From positions 251,878 through 315,877 of the forward strand of contig CAVRKE010000002.1 in the NCBI GenBank assembly GCA_963722305.1: 64,000 nucleotides of DNA, in the 5' to 3' direction. The notes below the pieces were generated by a model. The model did not search any database. It had not been told where the DNA came from and saw nothing but the letters and a program-made list of their open reading frames with translations. Shown here one piece after another: positions 18,293-27,511 of the stretch; positions within the stretch are counted from its first letter, which is position 1; each line of letters starts with the position of its first letter. Source of the DNA: Candidatus Levyibacteriota bacterium (lineage in GTDB: Bacteria > Patescibacteriota > Microgenomatia > Levybacterales > UBA12049). A program made the translations under genes and the position numbers.

Positions 18293-18631
18293 TCACTTTG
18301 CGGCAATCATGCTAATTTCTATTTTTGCCCCAAGCGGTAATTCTTTTACACAAACCGTATCTCTGGCGGGAAAGGGTTCAGCAAAATAACTTCCGTAAAC
18401 TTCATTTATTTTTGCATAATCCCCCATATCGGTTACATATATTGTTGTTCTAACCACATTTTTGAAACTGGCTCCGGCTTTTTCTAAGACTGCTGAAAGA
18501 TTTTTCATTATTTGATGCGTTTGTTCTTCAACTGTTCCTTCCAAAAGCTTTCCTTCTGATGTTAAATAAACTTGTCCCGAAGTAAAAACAAAACCGTTTT
18601 GGGTTTTCGATGGGGAAAATGGTAGTGCCAT
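18293..18631 (-). CDS. ridA: RidA/YjgF-family reactive-intermediate deaminase
   Basis: 112 aa; typical RidA fold sequence …TTIYVTDMGDYAKINEVY…. Confidence 0.85.
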   Translation of the reverse strand: MALPFSPSKTQNGFVFTSGQVYLTSEGKLLEGTVEEQTHQIMKNLSAVLEKAGASFKNVVRTTIYVTDMGDYAKINEVYGSYFAEPFPARDTVCVKELPLGAKIEISMIAAK

Positions 18632-18663
18632 AACCGAATTATAACAAAATCCGTCAAGTTATT

Positions 18664-19584
18664 TTATATGTAGTACGGAATTCTCCACCATTTTGAGGGA
18701 TTAACAAACCTGTAATTTCGGTTTAAAGTATTTAAATCATGTTTTTCTTCTTCCGCTAACTCGAAATCAAAAACATCAATGTTCTCAACAATTCTTTCCG
18801 GAGTCACACTTTTGGGAATTACAATAGTTCCACGACTAATTGCCCAATTTAATAAGATTTGCGCTTTGGTCTTTTTATATTTCTTGGCCAAATTTCCTAC
18901 AATATGCTCATCAAATAATCTTGGTCCTTCCCTATCTGCGCCCTGACGTCCAAGTGGCGAATAGGCTGTTACGGCTATGTTTTTGTCTTTACAGAATGCG
19001 ATTATTTCCTCTTGGGTATTGTAAGGGTGTAACTCAATTTGTTCCATAACCGGCATAACGGCTGCATAGGTTAATAAATCAACAAGCATCATGGTAGTAA
19101 AGTTTGCCACTCCGATTGACTTAACCAATCCCTTTTTAACCAGGGCTTCCATCGCCTCCCAAGTTTCCCGTATCGAAACGCTATCCGTTACTGCGAACCC
19201 TTCTTTATCAACAGGTTCCAACTCTCCACCATGGGGGAAAGCAACTCCCCAATGCATTAAATACAAATCAAGATAGTGAAGCTTTAAGTCCGCAAGAGTT
19301 TTTCGGCAGGCTTTTTCAACGTACTCCGCCCGATGTTCGGTATTCCAAAGTTTGCTGGTGATAAAAATTTCTTCCCGCTTTACAGACCGAAAAACTTCTT
19401 TAAACGCTGCTCCTATTTCTGGTTCGTTTCTGTAAATACTGGCACAGTCAATGTGTCTATAGCCGGCCTTTGTAATAGCGAATTTTACGGCATCACCGAC
19501 AAGATTCTTATCCGCTCTCCACGTTCCTAAGCCCAAAACCGGAATGCTATTCCCGTTACCAAGTTTTTGCGTTTGCATATTCAC
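18664..19584 (-). CDS. Aldo/keto reductase family oxidoreductase
   Basis: 306 aa; AKR motifs …GLGTW…, …IDCASIY…. Confidence 0.85.
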   Translation of the reverse strand: MNMQTQKLGNGNSIPVLGLGTWRADKNLVGDAVKFAITKAGYRHIDCASIYRNEPEIGAAFKEVFRSVKREEIFITSKLWNTEHRAEYVEKACRKTLADLKLHYLDLYLMHWGVAFPHGGELEPVDKEGFAVTDSVSIRETWEAMEALVKKGLVKSIGVANFTTMMLVDLLTYAAVMPVMEQIELHPYNTQEEIIAFCKDKNIAVTAYSPLGRQGADREGPRLFDEHIVGNLAKKYKKTKAQILLNWAISRGTIVIPKSVTPERIVENIDVFDFELAEEEKHDLNTLNRNYRFVNPSKWWRIPYYI

Positions 19585-19652
19585 GTTGTATCACAAAACT
19601 GCATTTTCGGCAATATTTAAAGGAAAATTTAAACTTGTGCTAAACTTGAGGT

Positions 19653-19988
19653 ATGAAGAGAAGAAAAAGACATTTGTGGCTTTTGCCGGTTAGTTTTTTG
19701 AGTTTGGCAGCTTTGGTTTATTTAATATTGAACTTTTCTCCAGCGTTTCAATTATCAATTATCAATTTTCAATTTTCAATTCTGATACCGGCGCTGACGC
19801 TTTTATTTATTTTTATATTTTCCCTTTTTGCTTTTATTTTGAACAATTCCCGCCGCGGGTTTTTATTGGGATTATTAATAATTAGTTATTTATTATTGCG
19901 GTTGAACGGTCTCACTTCCCCATTTTTCGCTATTCTATTATTAATCCTTTTCGGAGTGATTGAGTTATTTTTTGTTAAGAGAAAGTAG
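19653..19988 (+). CDS. Hypothetical membrane protein
   Basis: 111 aa with 3 TM helices and no other support. Confidence 0.4.
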   Translation: MKRRKRHLWLLPVSFLSLAALVYLILNFSPAFQLSIINFQFSILIPALTLLFIFIFSLFAFILNNSRRGFLLGLLIISYLLLRLNGLTSPFFAILLLILFGVIELFFVKRK

Positions 19989-20039
19989 TTATCTTTAATT
20001 TTGCGATCGAAGCTTTAAATTATTTCGTCGTTCTGCAGT

Positions 20040-20215
20040 TGTCCTCTTGAAAGATCGAGTGAGTGCGTCAGGGGAATTCCGCACAAACTTGTTGCGGAAG
20101 GGGTGAAATTACCCGACAAACGAACGAGATCTTGAAAGTTGACAACAAAGTTCGACGAGAGTTTCTGCGTACTCTTGTCGGCACAAGAGTATAAAAAAGT
20201 TTTTTATTTTTTTAC
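20040..20215 (+). ncRNA. Candidate structured small RNA (copy A of a repeated element), upstream of but separate from metG
   Basis: A roughly 130-nt core 20068-20195 (CAGGGGAATTCCGCACAAACTTGTTGCGGAAGGGGTGAAATTACCCGA...AGTTCGAC...) recurs inverted at 30575-30705. It ends in the hairpin ACTCTTGT-CGGC-ACAAGAGT followed by a U-rich tract. metG has its own TGTTATAAT promoter downstream of this terminator. Confidence 0.3.
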
Positions 20216-20254
20216 TTTCCGAACTGAAAATTAAAATTCTGTTATAATCTAGCT

Positions 20255-21703
20255 ATGAAATTTTATTTAACCACTGCCATACCATATGTTAATGCCAAGC
20301 CGCATGTCGGCCATGCTTTGGAGTTTGTGCAAAGCGACGTTATCAAACGCTTTCACCAAATTTTAGGCGATGAAACCCTGCTTCTCTCCGGTGCCGATGA
20401 AAATTCTTTGAAAAATGTTCAGGCGGCCGACTCTGAAGGAATAACGGTTCAACAATTAGTTGATAAAAATTCCCTGTTGTTTGAAGAACTGGCCAAAAAA
20501 TTAAATATTGAGTTTGACATTTTTCAAAGAGGCAGCAGCATTGAACACCACGAGTCTTCGCAAAAATTGTGGGAACGCTGTTTTAAAACAGGCGATATTT
20601 ACAAAAAGATTTATACCGGCCTGTACTGCGTCGGCTGTGAACTTTTCTACGAGAAAAACGAGCTAAACGAAAAAGGCGAATGTTTTGAGCACCCGGGGAA
20701 ACCGCTGGAAGAAGTCAGTGAAGAAAATTATTTTTTCAAACTCTCCAAATACCAAAAGCAAATTCAGGCGTTGATTGAAGATGATAAATTGAAGGTCTAC
20801 CCGGAGTTTCGAAAACATGAAGTGTTGGGATTTTTAAAAGAGGGTTTGCAGGACATCAGTATCTCCAGAAGCAACAAACGGGCCAAAAACTGGGGCGTTG
20901 AGGTACCGGATGATAAAAGTCAAAAAATGTATGTCTGGTTTGACGCCTTAAACATTTATCAGTCGGGAATTGGTTTTGGCGCTAATGAGAAGGAGTACCA
21001 AAAATGGTGGCCGGCGGACTTACATGTTATCGGCAAGGGAATTATCCGATTTCATGCAGTTTATTGGCCGGCGTTTTTACTGTCTGCTAATTTGCCTTTA
21101 CCAAAAGCTTTATTTGTCCACGGATATTTTACGGTTGACGGACAAAAAATGTCTAAAAGTTTAGGTAACGTTGCCGATCCCTTAGAGTTTATCGAAAAAT
21201 ATGGACCTGACGGTTTACGTTATTATCTATTGTCGCAAATTTCTCCATTCCAGGACGGTGATTTTTCCGAGAAAAAACTAGTTGAAGTTTATAATGCCGA
21301 CCTGGCAAACGGACTGGGAAATCTGGTGGCCAGGGTGGCCAAACTTTGCGAAACCAGCTATTTTAAGCAGACTCCGTCCGAAAAAAACAAACACGTCATT
21401 GAAAATTATGAGCAATATCTAAAGGCGCTCAAGGAATACCGCTTTAACGACGCGCTGGCCTTTATCTGGAATAAAATCAGAAATGTCGATAAATATATTA
21501 ACGAAGAAAAACCCTGGGAACTAATTAAAGGCAAAAATCCCAAACACCCGATTAAAGCAATTCTTGAGCATGCGGTGGATGAGATTGAAGAAATCGCCGT
21601 GCTTTTGGCACCGTTTATGCCTGAAGCTTCCGCAAAAATCAGAGAACAATTTACCAAGGCGGAAATTAAGTCCGTTGCCCCGCTTTTTCCGCGTATCAGT
21701 TGA
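20255..21703 (+). CDS. metG: Methionyl-tRNA synthetase (short form)
   Basis: 482 aa. HIGH-type motif …PHVGHA… and KMSKS motif. The mRNA appears leaderless: the TATAAT is about 7 nt before the ATG. Confidence 0.93.
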   Translation: MKFYLTTAIPYVNAKPHVGHALEFVQSDVIKRFHQILGDETLLLSGADENSLKNVQAADSEGITVQQLVDKNSLLFEELAKKLNIEFDIFQRGSSIEHHESSQKLWERCFKTGDIYKKIYTGLYCVGCELFYEKNELNEKGECFEHPGKPLEEVSEENYFFKLSKYQKQIQALIEDDKLKVYPEFRKHEVLGFLKEGLQDISISRSNKRAKNWGVEVPDDKSQKMYVWFDALNIYQSGIGFGANEKEYQKWWPADLHVIGKGIIRFHAVYWPAFLLSANLPLPKALFVHGYFTVDGQKMSKSLGNVADPLEFIEKYGPDGLRYYLLSQISPFQDGDFSEKKLVEVYNADLANGLGNLVARVAKLCETSYFKQTPSEKNKHVIENYEQYLKALKEYRFNDALAFIWNKIRNVDKYINEEKPWELIKGKNPKHPIKAILEHAVDEIEEIAVLLAPFMPEASAKIREQFTKAEIKSVAPLFPRIS

Positions 21704-21736
21704 CATAAGTCTTATAGTTTACTATAATACACACCT

Positions 21737-22033
21737 ATGGCATTTCCAGAAAGACCACCAAGAGGACCTAATCCCGACAGCAATGCTGAGCAGAGAAAAG
21801 CTCGTGCGAAAACCGTAGCGGAAATAGCGCTAAGAATCTTAAACGGCCCTTCACGCGCAGTATCTAATATTTTGTCTTCCCGTGCCCTACCTATAGTAAT
21901 AGGCGTCGGGCTTTTCGGGTTTTGTATTAAAGCCAGTGGTGATACATTTCAAGGAGCCGCAATAGGCACTACAGCAGGAACTATCAGTGGTTTAATAACC
22001 AGAGGGTTTCAACAAGGACCGCCAGACCATTAA
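21737..22033 (+). CDS. Hypothetical small membrane protein
   Basis: 98 aa. A TTGACA-N17-TATAAT promoter lies 8 nt upstream of the ATG (leaderless-like). One or two TM helices. Confidence 0.45.
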   Translation: MAFPERPPRGPNPDSNAEQRKARAKTVAEIALRILNGPSRAVSNILSSRALPIVIGVGLFGFCIKASGDTFQGAAIGTTAGTISGLITRGFQQGPPDH

Positions 22034-22085
22034 CCTCTTCTTAAATCTGACTTGACAAAATCAGATGTTTACTGTTTAATAGAAA

Positions 22086-22212
22086 AATCATCAAGAGATC
22101 CCGCCATGGCGGGACGGCAACCGAAAGACAAACGGTGCCATTCCTAACGGAAGATGAGGTCCTAACCGGACAAGTCTATCGCCTCTCTTGATTGAGAGGC
22201 ATTATTGTATTT
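22086..22212 (+). promoter_or_regulatory. Candidate SAM-I-clan (SAM-I/IV-like) riboswitch with an SD-sequestering expression platform, upstream of metK
   Basis: SAM-I-like strings in order: AUCAAGAGA ... GGCAACC ... GGUGCCAUUCC ... GAAGAUGAGG (P1 closing). The downstream hairpin GCCUCUC-UUGAUU-GAGAGGC (22181-22200) contains the SD sequence GAGAGG, and its 5' arm CUCUUGAU is complementary to the P1 strand AUCAAGAG. A TTGACA-N17-TTTAAT promoter sits at 22053-22081. Confidence 0.5.
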
Positions 22213-23307
22213 ATGAGTGATTATATTTTTACATCAGAATCGGTCTGTGCCGGACACCCGGACAAAATCTGCGATTCAATTAGTGACGCGATTTTAGATG
22301 AGGTCTTAAAACAAGATAAAACCGGACGGGTCGGGGTTGAAACTCTGGTCGCTTTTAACAAAGTTTCTATTGTCGGCGAAATTACCGCCAATGCTAAAGT
22401 GGATTACGAAAAAGTCGCCCGCAAAAGAATCAGGGATTTAGGTTACACTAATCCTTTATTTAACTTTACCGACCAGTCGCCGGTGGACGTTGATGTTCAC
22501 GAACAATCACCGGAAATTTTTAGAGGTGTAAAGGTCAAAGGCGCCGGAGACCAAGGAATGATGTTTGGTTTTGCCTGTACAGAAACAAAAGTGTTGATGC
22601 CAATGCCGATTATTCTTGCCCACCGCTTAGCGCAAAGACTGGATGAAGTCAAAAAAACCACTCTCCCCTTCCTTCGCCCCGACGGAAAAACCCAAGTTAG
22701 TATCGAATATAAAAACGGCTTGCCATACAAAATTTTCCAAGTTGTCATTGCCGTTCCGCATGATGAAGATAAAACCTTAAAACAGGTCAAAAACGCGCTT
22801 TATAAGGAAGTCGTTCGAGGAATTCTGGATGAATACGGGTTTAAGATAAACGAAAAAGATTTAATCGTTAACGGCACGGGCGTTTGGCACATGCCCGGAC
22901 CGGCCAGTGATTCAGGACTGACGGGAAGAAAAATTATTGTTGATACATACGGCGGTTACGCCAGAGTCGGCGGCGGATGCTTCTCCGGCAAAGACCCAAC
23001 CAAGGTTGATAGAAGCGGCGCTTATGCGGCAAGATATTTGGCCAAACACGTTGTCAAAGAAAAATTGGCCGACAAAGCCGAAGTCAGACTGGCTTATTTT
23101 ATTGGCGCGAAAAAACCGGTCATGTTGGAAGTGGAAACTTTTGGAACAGAAAAAGTACCAAATAAAATTATCAAAAATTTTATGTCGGAAATTTTGGATA
23201 CTTCGGTGGCGGGAATAATTGAAGAGTTGGATTTGCAAAAACCGATTTACCTGGCCACCTCTGTCTACGGACATTTCGGCCGTGACCACTTCTCCTGGGA
23301 AAAATAG
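22213..23307 (+). CDS. metK: S-adenosylmethionine synthetase (bacterial type). Start taken at MSDYIF, downstream of the ORF-track start.
   Basis: Motifs GHPDKICD, GAGDQGMMFG, DTYGG and GGGCFSGKDPTKVDRS. Confidence 0.93.
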   Translation: MSDYIFTSESVCAGHPDKICDSISDAILDEVLKQDKTGRVGVETLVAFNKVSIVGEITANAKVDYEKVARKRIRDLGYTNPLFNFTDQSPVDVDVHEQSPEIFRGVKVKGAGDQGMMFGFACTETKVLMPMPIILAHRLAQRLDEVKKTTLPFLRPDGKTQVSIEYKNGLPYKIFQVVIAVPHDEDKTLKQVKNALYKEVVRGILDEYGFKINEKDLIVNGTGVWHMPGPASDSGLTGRKIIVDTYGGYARVGGGCFSGKDPTKVDRSGAYAARYLAKHVVKEKLADKAEVRLAYFIGAKKPVMLEVETFGTEKVPNKIIKNFMSEILDTSVAGIIEELDLQKPIYLATSVYGHFGRDHFSWEK

Positions 23308-23369
23308 CCTGGGAAAAAACTGAAAATTACCCCTTGACTAGCGGAAAAAATCGTCTTATACTCACGGTA

Positions 23370-24053
23370 ATGAAAAACAAATGGTTGATTATTGCTATCG
23401 TAGTAGTCTTAATCGTTCTTGTCGGAGCAATCGGTTATAAATTAATGTCCTCCAAATCAAAAACAATGCCGCAGGCACAAATGCAAAAACCAACTACTAT
23501 GCAAACTGCCAAACCGCAAACCGTAAATAGAAACGCCATCACCGGGACAATCTTAAGTTTGATTGAAGGCGGAAAAACTATTTCCTGCACCATTACCTAT
23601 CCCGACAACAAAGGCACAGGTACTATTTACGTCGGCAGCAATAAAAAATTTGCCGGAGACTTTAATATGAAAGGCACCAATAATGCCAATGTAGTTGCCC
23701 ACATGGTTTCCGACGGAACCTATATGTATATGTGGTCGGCAGCTATGCCAATGGGGATTAAAATGAGTCTTCTGGCTGCCAGAAATGCCGCCAGCAACAC
23801 CCAAAACCAAAGCGTTAATCTTAACCAAAATGTTAGCATGCAATGCAACCCTTGGACAGTTGATGAATCCAAATTTACAATTCCAACCAATATCAGTTTT
23901 ACGGACATGAGTAATTTAACTAATCCGGCTGGGTCAACTACAGTCGCTCCGCAAACGGGAACCGGAACAACCGGCACGTCGCCTTGTGACGCAATCACTA
24001 ATCCGACAGCCAAAGCTGCTTGCCAAAGCGCCTTAAAATCACACGGCTATTAA
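23370..24053 (+). CDS. Hypothetical membrane-anchored secreted protein (start at MKNKWLII)
   Basis: A TTGACT...TTATAC promoter lies just upstream. N-terminal TM helix, Thr/Asn-rich ectodomain, conserved Cys pairs. Confidence 0.55.
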   Translation: MKNKWLIIAIVVVLIVLVGAIGYKLMSSKSKTMPQAQMQKPTTMQTAKPQTVNRNAITGTILSLIEGGKTISCTITYPDNKGTGTIYVGSNKKFAGDFNMKGTNNANVVAHMVSDGTYMYMWSAAMPMGIKMSLLAARNAASNTQNQSVNLNQNVSMQCNPWTVDESKFTIPTNISFTDMSNLTNPAGSTTVAPQTGTGTTGTSPCDAITNPTAKAACQSALKSHGY

Positions 24054-24075
24054 ATTCCCCTTTTGCAGAAATAAA

Positions 24076-24498
24076 TTAACTTGAAGAATGAACTCTTTCT
24101 TTTTCTAATTGTTCTTGTTTTCTCATCCAAGCGCTTAATAAGGTACTGAAATTTCTTTCGCCGACTTCACAATTTATCGGACGCACCGCCCTATCTACCT
24201 GCATTTGCCTTCGTCCAATTGTTAGCGGAGGAAATAGTTCAAGGGCGCGTGCCCTTCTTAACCACTTTCCTAATTTCTTGCAATCTCCGGTTAACTCTAT
24301 TTCAGCTAGATATGCTTTCAGTCGTCTATCTTCATATCTAACTTTAGTTCTCTCGAATACATTAAGCAGGGTGCCATGTTCCTCCACTACTATTCCCATG
24401 CTTATTCCAACTGGCCCTTGATCAAAATCTGGTTTTCTTCTCATGTGAACGTTAATTCTAGCAAAAACTGGTCGATAAGTCAAACTATGGGGCATATG
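24076..24498 (-). CDS. Hypothetical protein (start at the internal MPHSLTY; 1-4 nt overlap with the upstream gene)
   Basis: About 140 aa. Translationally coupled to the SRPBCC gene. No recognisable domain. Confidence 0.45.
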   Translation of the reverse strand, partial: HMPHSLTYRPVFARINVHMRRKPDFDQGPVGISMGIVVEEHGTLLNVFERTKVRYEDRRLKAYLAEIELTGDCKKLGKWLRRARALELFPPLTIGRRQMQVDRAVRPINCEVGERNFSTLLSAWMRKQEQLEKERVHSSS

Positions 24499-24499
24499 A

Positions 24500-24895
24500 T
24501 TACCTTGTTTCAAGGTATTCTTTGAGAGGACCAAGATAATAGTCTTGCCAACCGTTTTCAATATCTTCGACGTTTTCATCGGGGATATCTTTTTGGCTTA
24601 AATCAAGTTTTGTTCCGCCGCCTCTTAATTTAAACAGTGTAAAAGCAACAATTGAGGGCTTATCCCATTTATTTTCTTCATCGGAAAACCATTCCTGAAC
24701 CAACTTTTGGTTTGCCAAAACTTCGATGTTCTTGCCCCAGATGCTTCCTCCCCACAGGGAAAATTCAAAACCAACCGTGTCCTCCATTTTTGCCGGCCCG
24801 CCGCCCCAAGCGTTGATAATTTTTGGGTCAACCAAGGATCGCCAAACTCTCTCAATTGGGGCATTAATTAAATATGTTTGTTTTATCCTTTTCAT
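24500..24895 (-). CDS. SRPBCC/AHSA1-family (START-like, polyketide cyclase-like) protein
   Basis: 131 aa. Family-typical N-terminus …YLINAPIERVWRSLVDPKIINAW…. Confidence 0.7.
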   Translation of the reverse strand: MKRIKQTYLINAPIERVWRSLVDPKIINAWGGGPAKMEDTVGFEFSLWGGSIWGKNIEVLANQKLVQEWFSDEENKWDKPSIVAFTLFKLRGGGTKLDLSQKDIPDENVEDIENGWQDYYLGPLKEYLETR

Positions 24896-24937
24896 TCCGC
24901 AGGTATTATACCACCAAAAATTTATCGGTAAATTTAC

Positions 24938-25195
24938 TTATCCGAAGTACATTCCCGGAATATCATTATGTACCGGCGATGGTTGCGCAGCAGAAACTCC
25001 TCCATCGACAGCGTGAGCATTAAATAAAGTTCTCCCCTCGCCGACTCCCGCCAGCGCACTTTCCCCTCCAGCCGGTTGAGAACTTTCTGTTCCGGATAAT
25101 GAAACATGTTTTCCTGCCCACTCGTTGACGTGGTCATGACTGTGTCCCACCTCTTGAGCAGCTCTAGCTCTTTGTATTATTCGTTCATAGTCCAT
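24938..25195 (-). CDS. Hypothetical small His-rich protein. Strong RBS (AAGGAGGTG) with the ATG at 25195.
   Basis: 85 aa starting MDYERIIQ. Located in a GC-richer patch. No homology inferred. Confidence 0.4.
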   Translation of the reverse strand: MDYERIIQRARAAQEVGHSHDHVNEWAGKHVSLSGTESSQPAGGESALAGVGEGRTLFNAHAVDGGVSAAQPSPVHNDIPGMYFG

Positions 25196-25718
25196 AGTTA
25201 ACACCTCCTTATTTTTAAAAGATTTATGGATTTAGATAAATTCTAAGAGGCAAACTTAATTTATGCTAGGGCATTAAGCTTACAACAAACTGAGAACGAA
25301 GTCAACCCGGGAGTTTAGAGACGGGTTAAAAAATACATGATCATGAAAATCACAAACCCGATGCCGATAATCCCCATCCCCAGACTGAAGTACTTAAGGA
25401 TTACCAATAAAATCTGGTTTTGTTTTTGCGGACTATCCATAAGTTGATTATAACATTGAAAGAAATCTTGTTATTTTTAGAAAATTGTGTATAATCCAAG
25501 AACTATGGGAGCAGAAGTAGTAAAACCGGTACCAAAAGACCTCCGAAGATGGGCGAAGGGTGTGTTGGCGGAAAAAAAGGCAAATCAACCGCTGGTACCC
25601 TTCCCGACCGGTGTCGAAGGTTATTCATGGCGGATTCGCCGGGGAGCGAGTTTAAAGGGAGTAGTATAATGGACCCCATAATCTGCACAGTCACCTTAGA
25701 CTAAGATAGAATAGTTCT

Positions 25719-26015
25719 ATGGATCAAAAAATACGCAGAATTCATCCACCGGCATTTAAAGCCAGAGTTGCTCTGGAGGCAATTAAGGAACAAAAAACAA
25801 TTGCGGAGCTGTCAAGTATGTACGGTGTACATTCAACCCAAATAACGAAATGGAAACGCCGGGCGTTGGAGATTCTCTCGCAAGGGTTTTCAGAACATCT
25901 TATTCAACGGAAACGGGATGACCGTGAGCTGGTACAGGAATTGTATCGGCAAATAGGAAGATTAAAAGTCGAAGTAGACTTTCTTAAAAAAAAGATGGGC
26001 ATCTTCGACGAGTAG
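25719..26015 (+). CDS. IS3-family transposase OrfA (HTH)
   Basis: 98 aa. Typical IS3 OrfA with a leucine-zipper-like C-terminus. It ends just after the A8G tract (25986-25994). Confidence 0.85.
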   Translation: MDQKIRRIHPPAFKARVALEAIKEQKTIAELSSMYGVHSTQITKWKRRALEILSQGFSEHLIQRKRDDRELVQELYRQIGRLKVEVDFLKKKMGIFDE

Positions 26016-26118
26016 GGATATCCTTACTCCCGGAGAAATTGCTCTGCACATTAACAAAACAGAAAGCGTATTACCAAAGAGTATACGGGCTGATCTTCTG
26101 GATATTTCCAGATCAAGT

Positions 26119-26856
26119 TTGTACTATCAGCCAAGACCGGTTAAACCCGAGGCACTCATTTTAATGAACAGAATTGATGAGGTATATACTGCCCACCCTT
26201 TTTATGGTTCAAGACGTATGGCAAAAGAGGTTGGTGTTAACAGAAAACAGGCACAACGCCTGATGCGTGAAATGGGCTATGAGGCATTGTATCCGAAGCC
26301 TAATTTGAGTAAACCCGATAAACAACACATGTTCTATCCGTATTTACTCAAAGGAGTAGTTGCAGGATATCCAAATCATATCTGGGGCACAGATATTACG
26401 TATATTCGGATGAAACATGGGTTTGTATATTTAACTGCCTTTCTTGATTGGTTTACCAGATTTGTTGTTTCCTGGAAGCTCTCAATTACCCTTGAAACAG
26501 ACTTTTGTTTTGATGCTGCAACTGAAGCAATTGAGAAATTCGGAAGACCAACCATTATTAATGAAGATCAGGGATCACAAAATACCGATCATCTGATGAC
26601 AGATCTCTGGGAAAATCACAATGTCAAAATCAGCATGGACTCACGGGGACGGGCACTGGACAATATCTTCACCGAGAGGTTATGGAGGAGTGTTAAATAT
26701 GAAGAGGTATACTTAAAAGAATACGCTACTGTTTTGGAAGCAAAAGAAAACATTGAAAACTATTTTTACTTTTACAATTATGAAAGAAAACACCAATCGC
26801 TTAATTACAGAACACCGGCTGAAATATATTTTGGAAAGGAGGAAAACTTAGTCTAA
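26119..26856 (+). CDS. IS3-family transposase OrfB (rve integrase core). The frame is open upstream to about 25984, overlapping orfA.
   Basis: DDE/rve motifs …WGTDITYI…, …EDQGSQN…, …NYERKHQSL…. The frame is +1 relative to orfA by coordinates (see findings). Confidence 0.85.
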   Translation: MYYQPRPVKPEALILMNRIDEVYTAHPFYGSRRMAKEVGVNRKQAQRLMREMGYEALYPKPNLSKPDKQHMFYPYLLKGVVAGYPNHIWGTDITYIRMKHGFVYLTAFLDWFTRFVVSWKLSITLETDFCFDAATEAIEKFGRPTIINEDQGSQNTDHLMTDLWENHNVKISMDSRGRALDNIFTERLWRSVKYEEVYLKEYATVLEAKENIENYFYFYNYERKHQSLNYRTPAEIYFGKEENLV

Positions 26857-26919
26857 GTTTAGCCGTTTTACTGTGTTGACAATGGGGTCCACCTTATAGA
26901 CAGAACCGACAGGGCGGAC

Positions 26920-27507
26920 ATGCTTGGCATCGCCAGAGAAGCTGCCTGGCTTGAGCATCGGGTTGACGAAGTTAGAAACGCGCATTTTCAATTTACCGAG
27001 GAACACCCGCAGGTACCTGGCGTAATAGCCGATGCCCAGCATGGCGGTTATAGCGTTACCGCGGTATTTCAAAATCAAGCGGATTTTAAGGATGACGTTA
27101 TTATGGCATCCTTGACACCCGAGCAATTAGCCAGAGTCTATCATCAGCGAAGAACTGAAATCACGTTTGTCTTTGACGGGGAAGAGTTGGTGACAGCCGA
27201 CGGAACACATTATTCCGCCCAAAAGGCAGCGCAAATGATGAGGCATTCACTGCTTGGGGGCGGAATTGAGGAGGGATTAGTTGACGAAAAACACCTTGCC
27301 AGTAAGATTAAAGCCGAAAGAGATATTGTGGCTCTGGCGGAAATTATTGACTCAGGGGTTTTTGTACCGGGAATTACGATTACACCATGGCGGCAGGAAG
27401 TCCGGGCTCTTGATAAATTTGCCGGAATACACTTCGACAGACAACCAAGAAGAAGAAAGAATTTAATCACACCCAGAAATAAACCGCGAACTACTCCGAA
27501 GTCATAA
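26920..27507 (+). CDS. Hypothetical protein (GC-richer patch); possibly the 3' part of a gene split by the IS3
   Basis: 195 aa. The frame is open upstream to the IS3 right end. No domain recognised. Confidence 0.4.
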   Translation: MLGIAREAAWLEHRVDEVRNAHFQFTEEHPQVPGVIADAQHGGYSVTAVFQNQADFKDDVIMASLTPEQLARVYHQRRTEITFVFDGEELVTADGTHYSAQKAAQMMRHSLLGGGIEEGLVDEKHLASKIKAERDIVALAEIIDSGVFVPGITITPWRQEVRALDKFAGIHFDRQPRRRKNLITPRNKPRTTPKS

Positions 27508-27511
27508 TTTT

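Larger units (their letters stand above)
25670..26891 (+). mobile_element. IS3-family insertion sequence, about 1.22 kb, with terminal inverted repeats TGGACCCCAT... / ...ATGGGGTCCA
   Basis: Left repeat 25670-25705 TGGACCCCATAATCTGCACAGT...TTAGACTAAG. Right repeat ends at 26891; its reverse complement is TGGACCCCATTGTCAACACAGT...TTAGACTAAG. orfA and orfB lie inside with an A8G slippery tract. Confidence 0.75.

Noticed and set aside
20000-20254. T-box or SAM/methionine riboswitch leader for metG
   Set aside because: No T-box (AAUUAGGGUGGNACCGCG) or SAM core strings are present. The element ends in its own terminator, and metG has a separate TGTTATAAT promoter afterwards. The same element recurs next to an unrelated gene.
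25503-25694. Minus-strand 63-aa ORF
   Set aside because: It is antisense to a promoter-supported plus-strand small ORF and runs into the IS3 inverted repeat.
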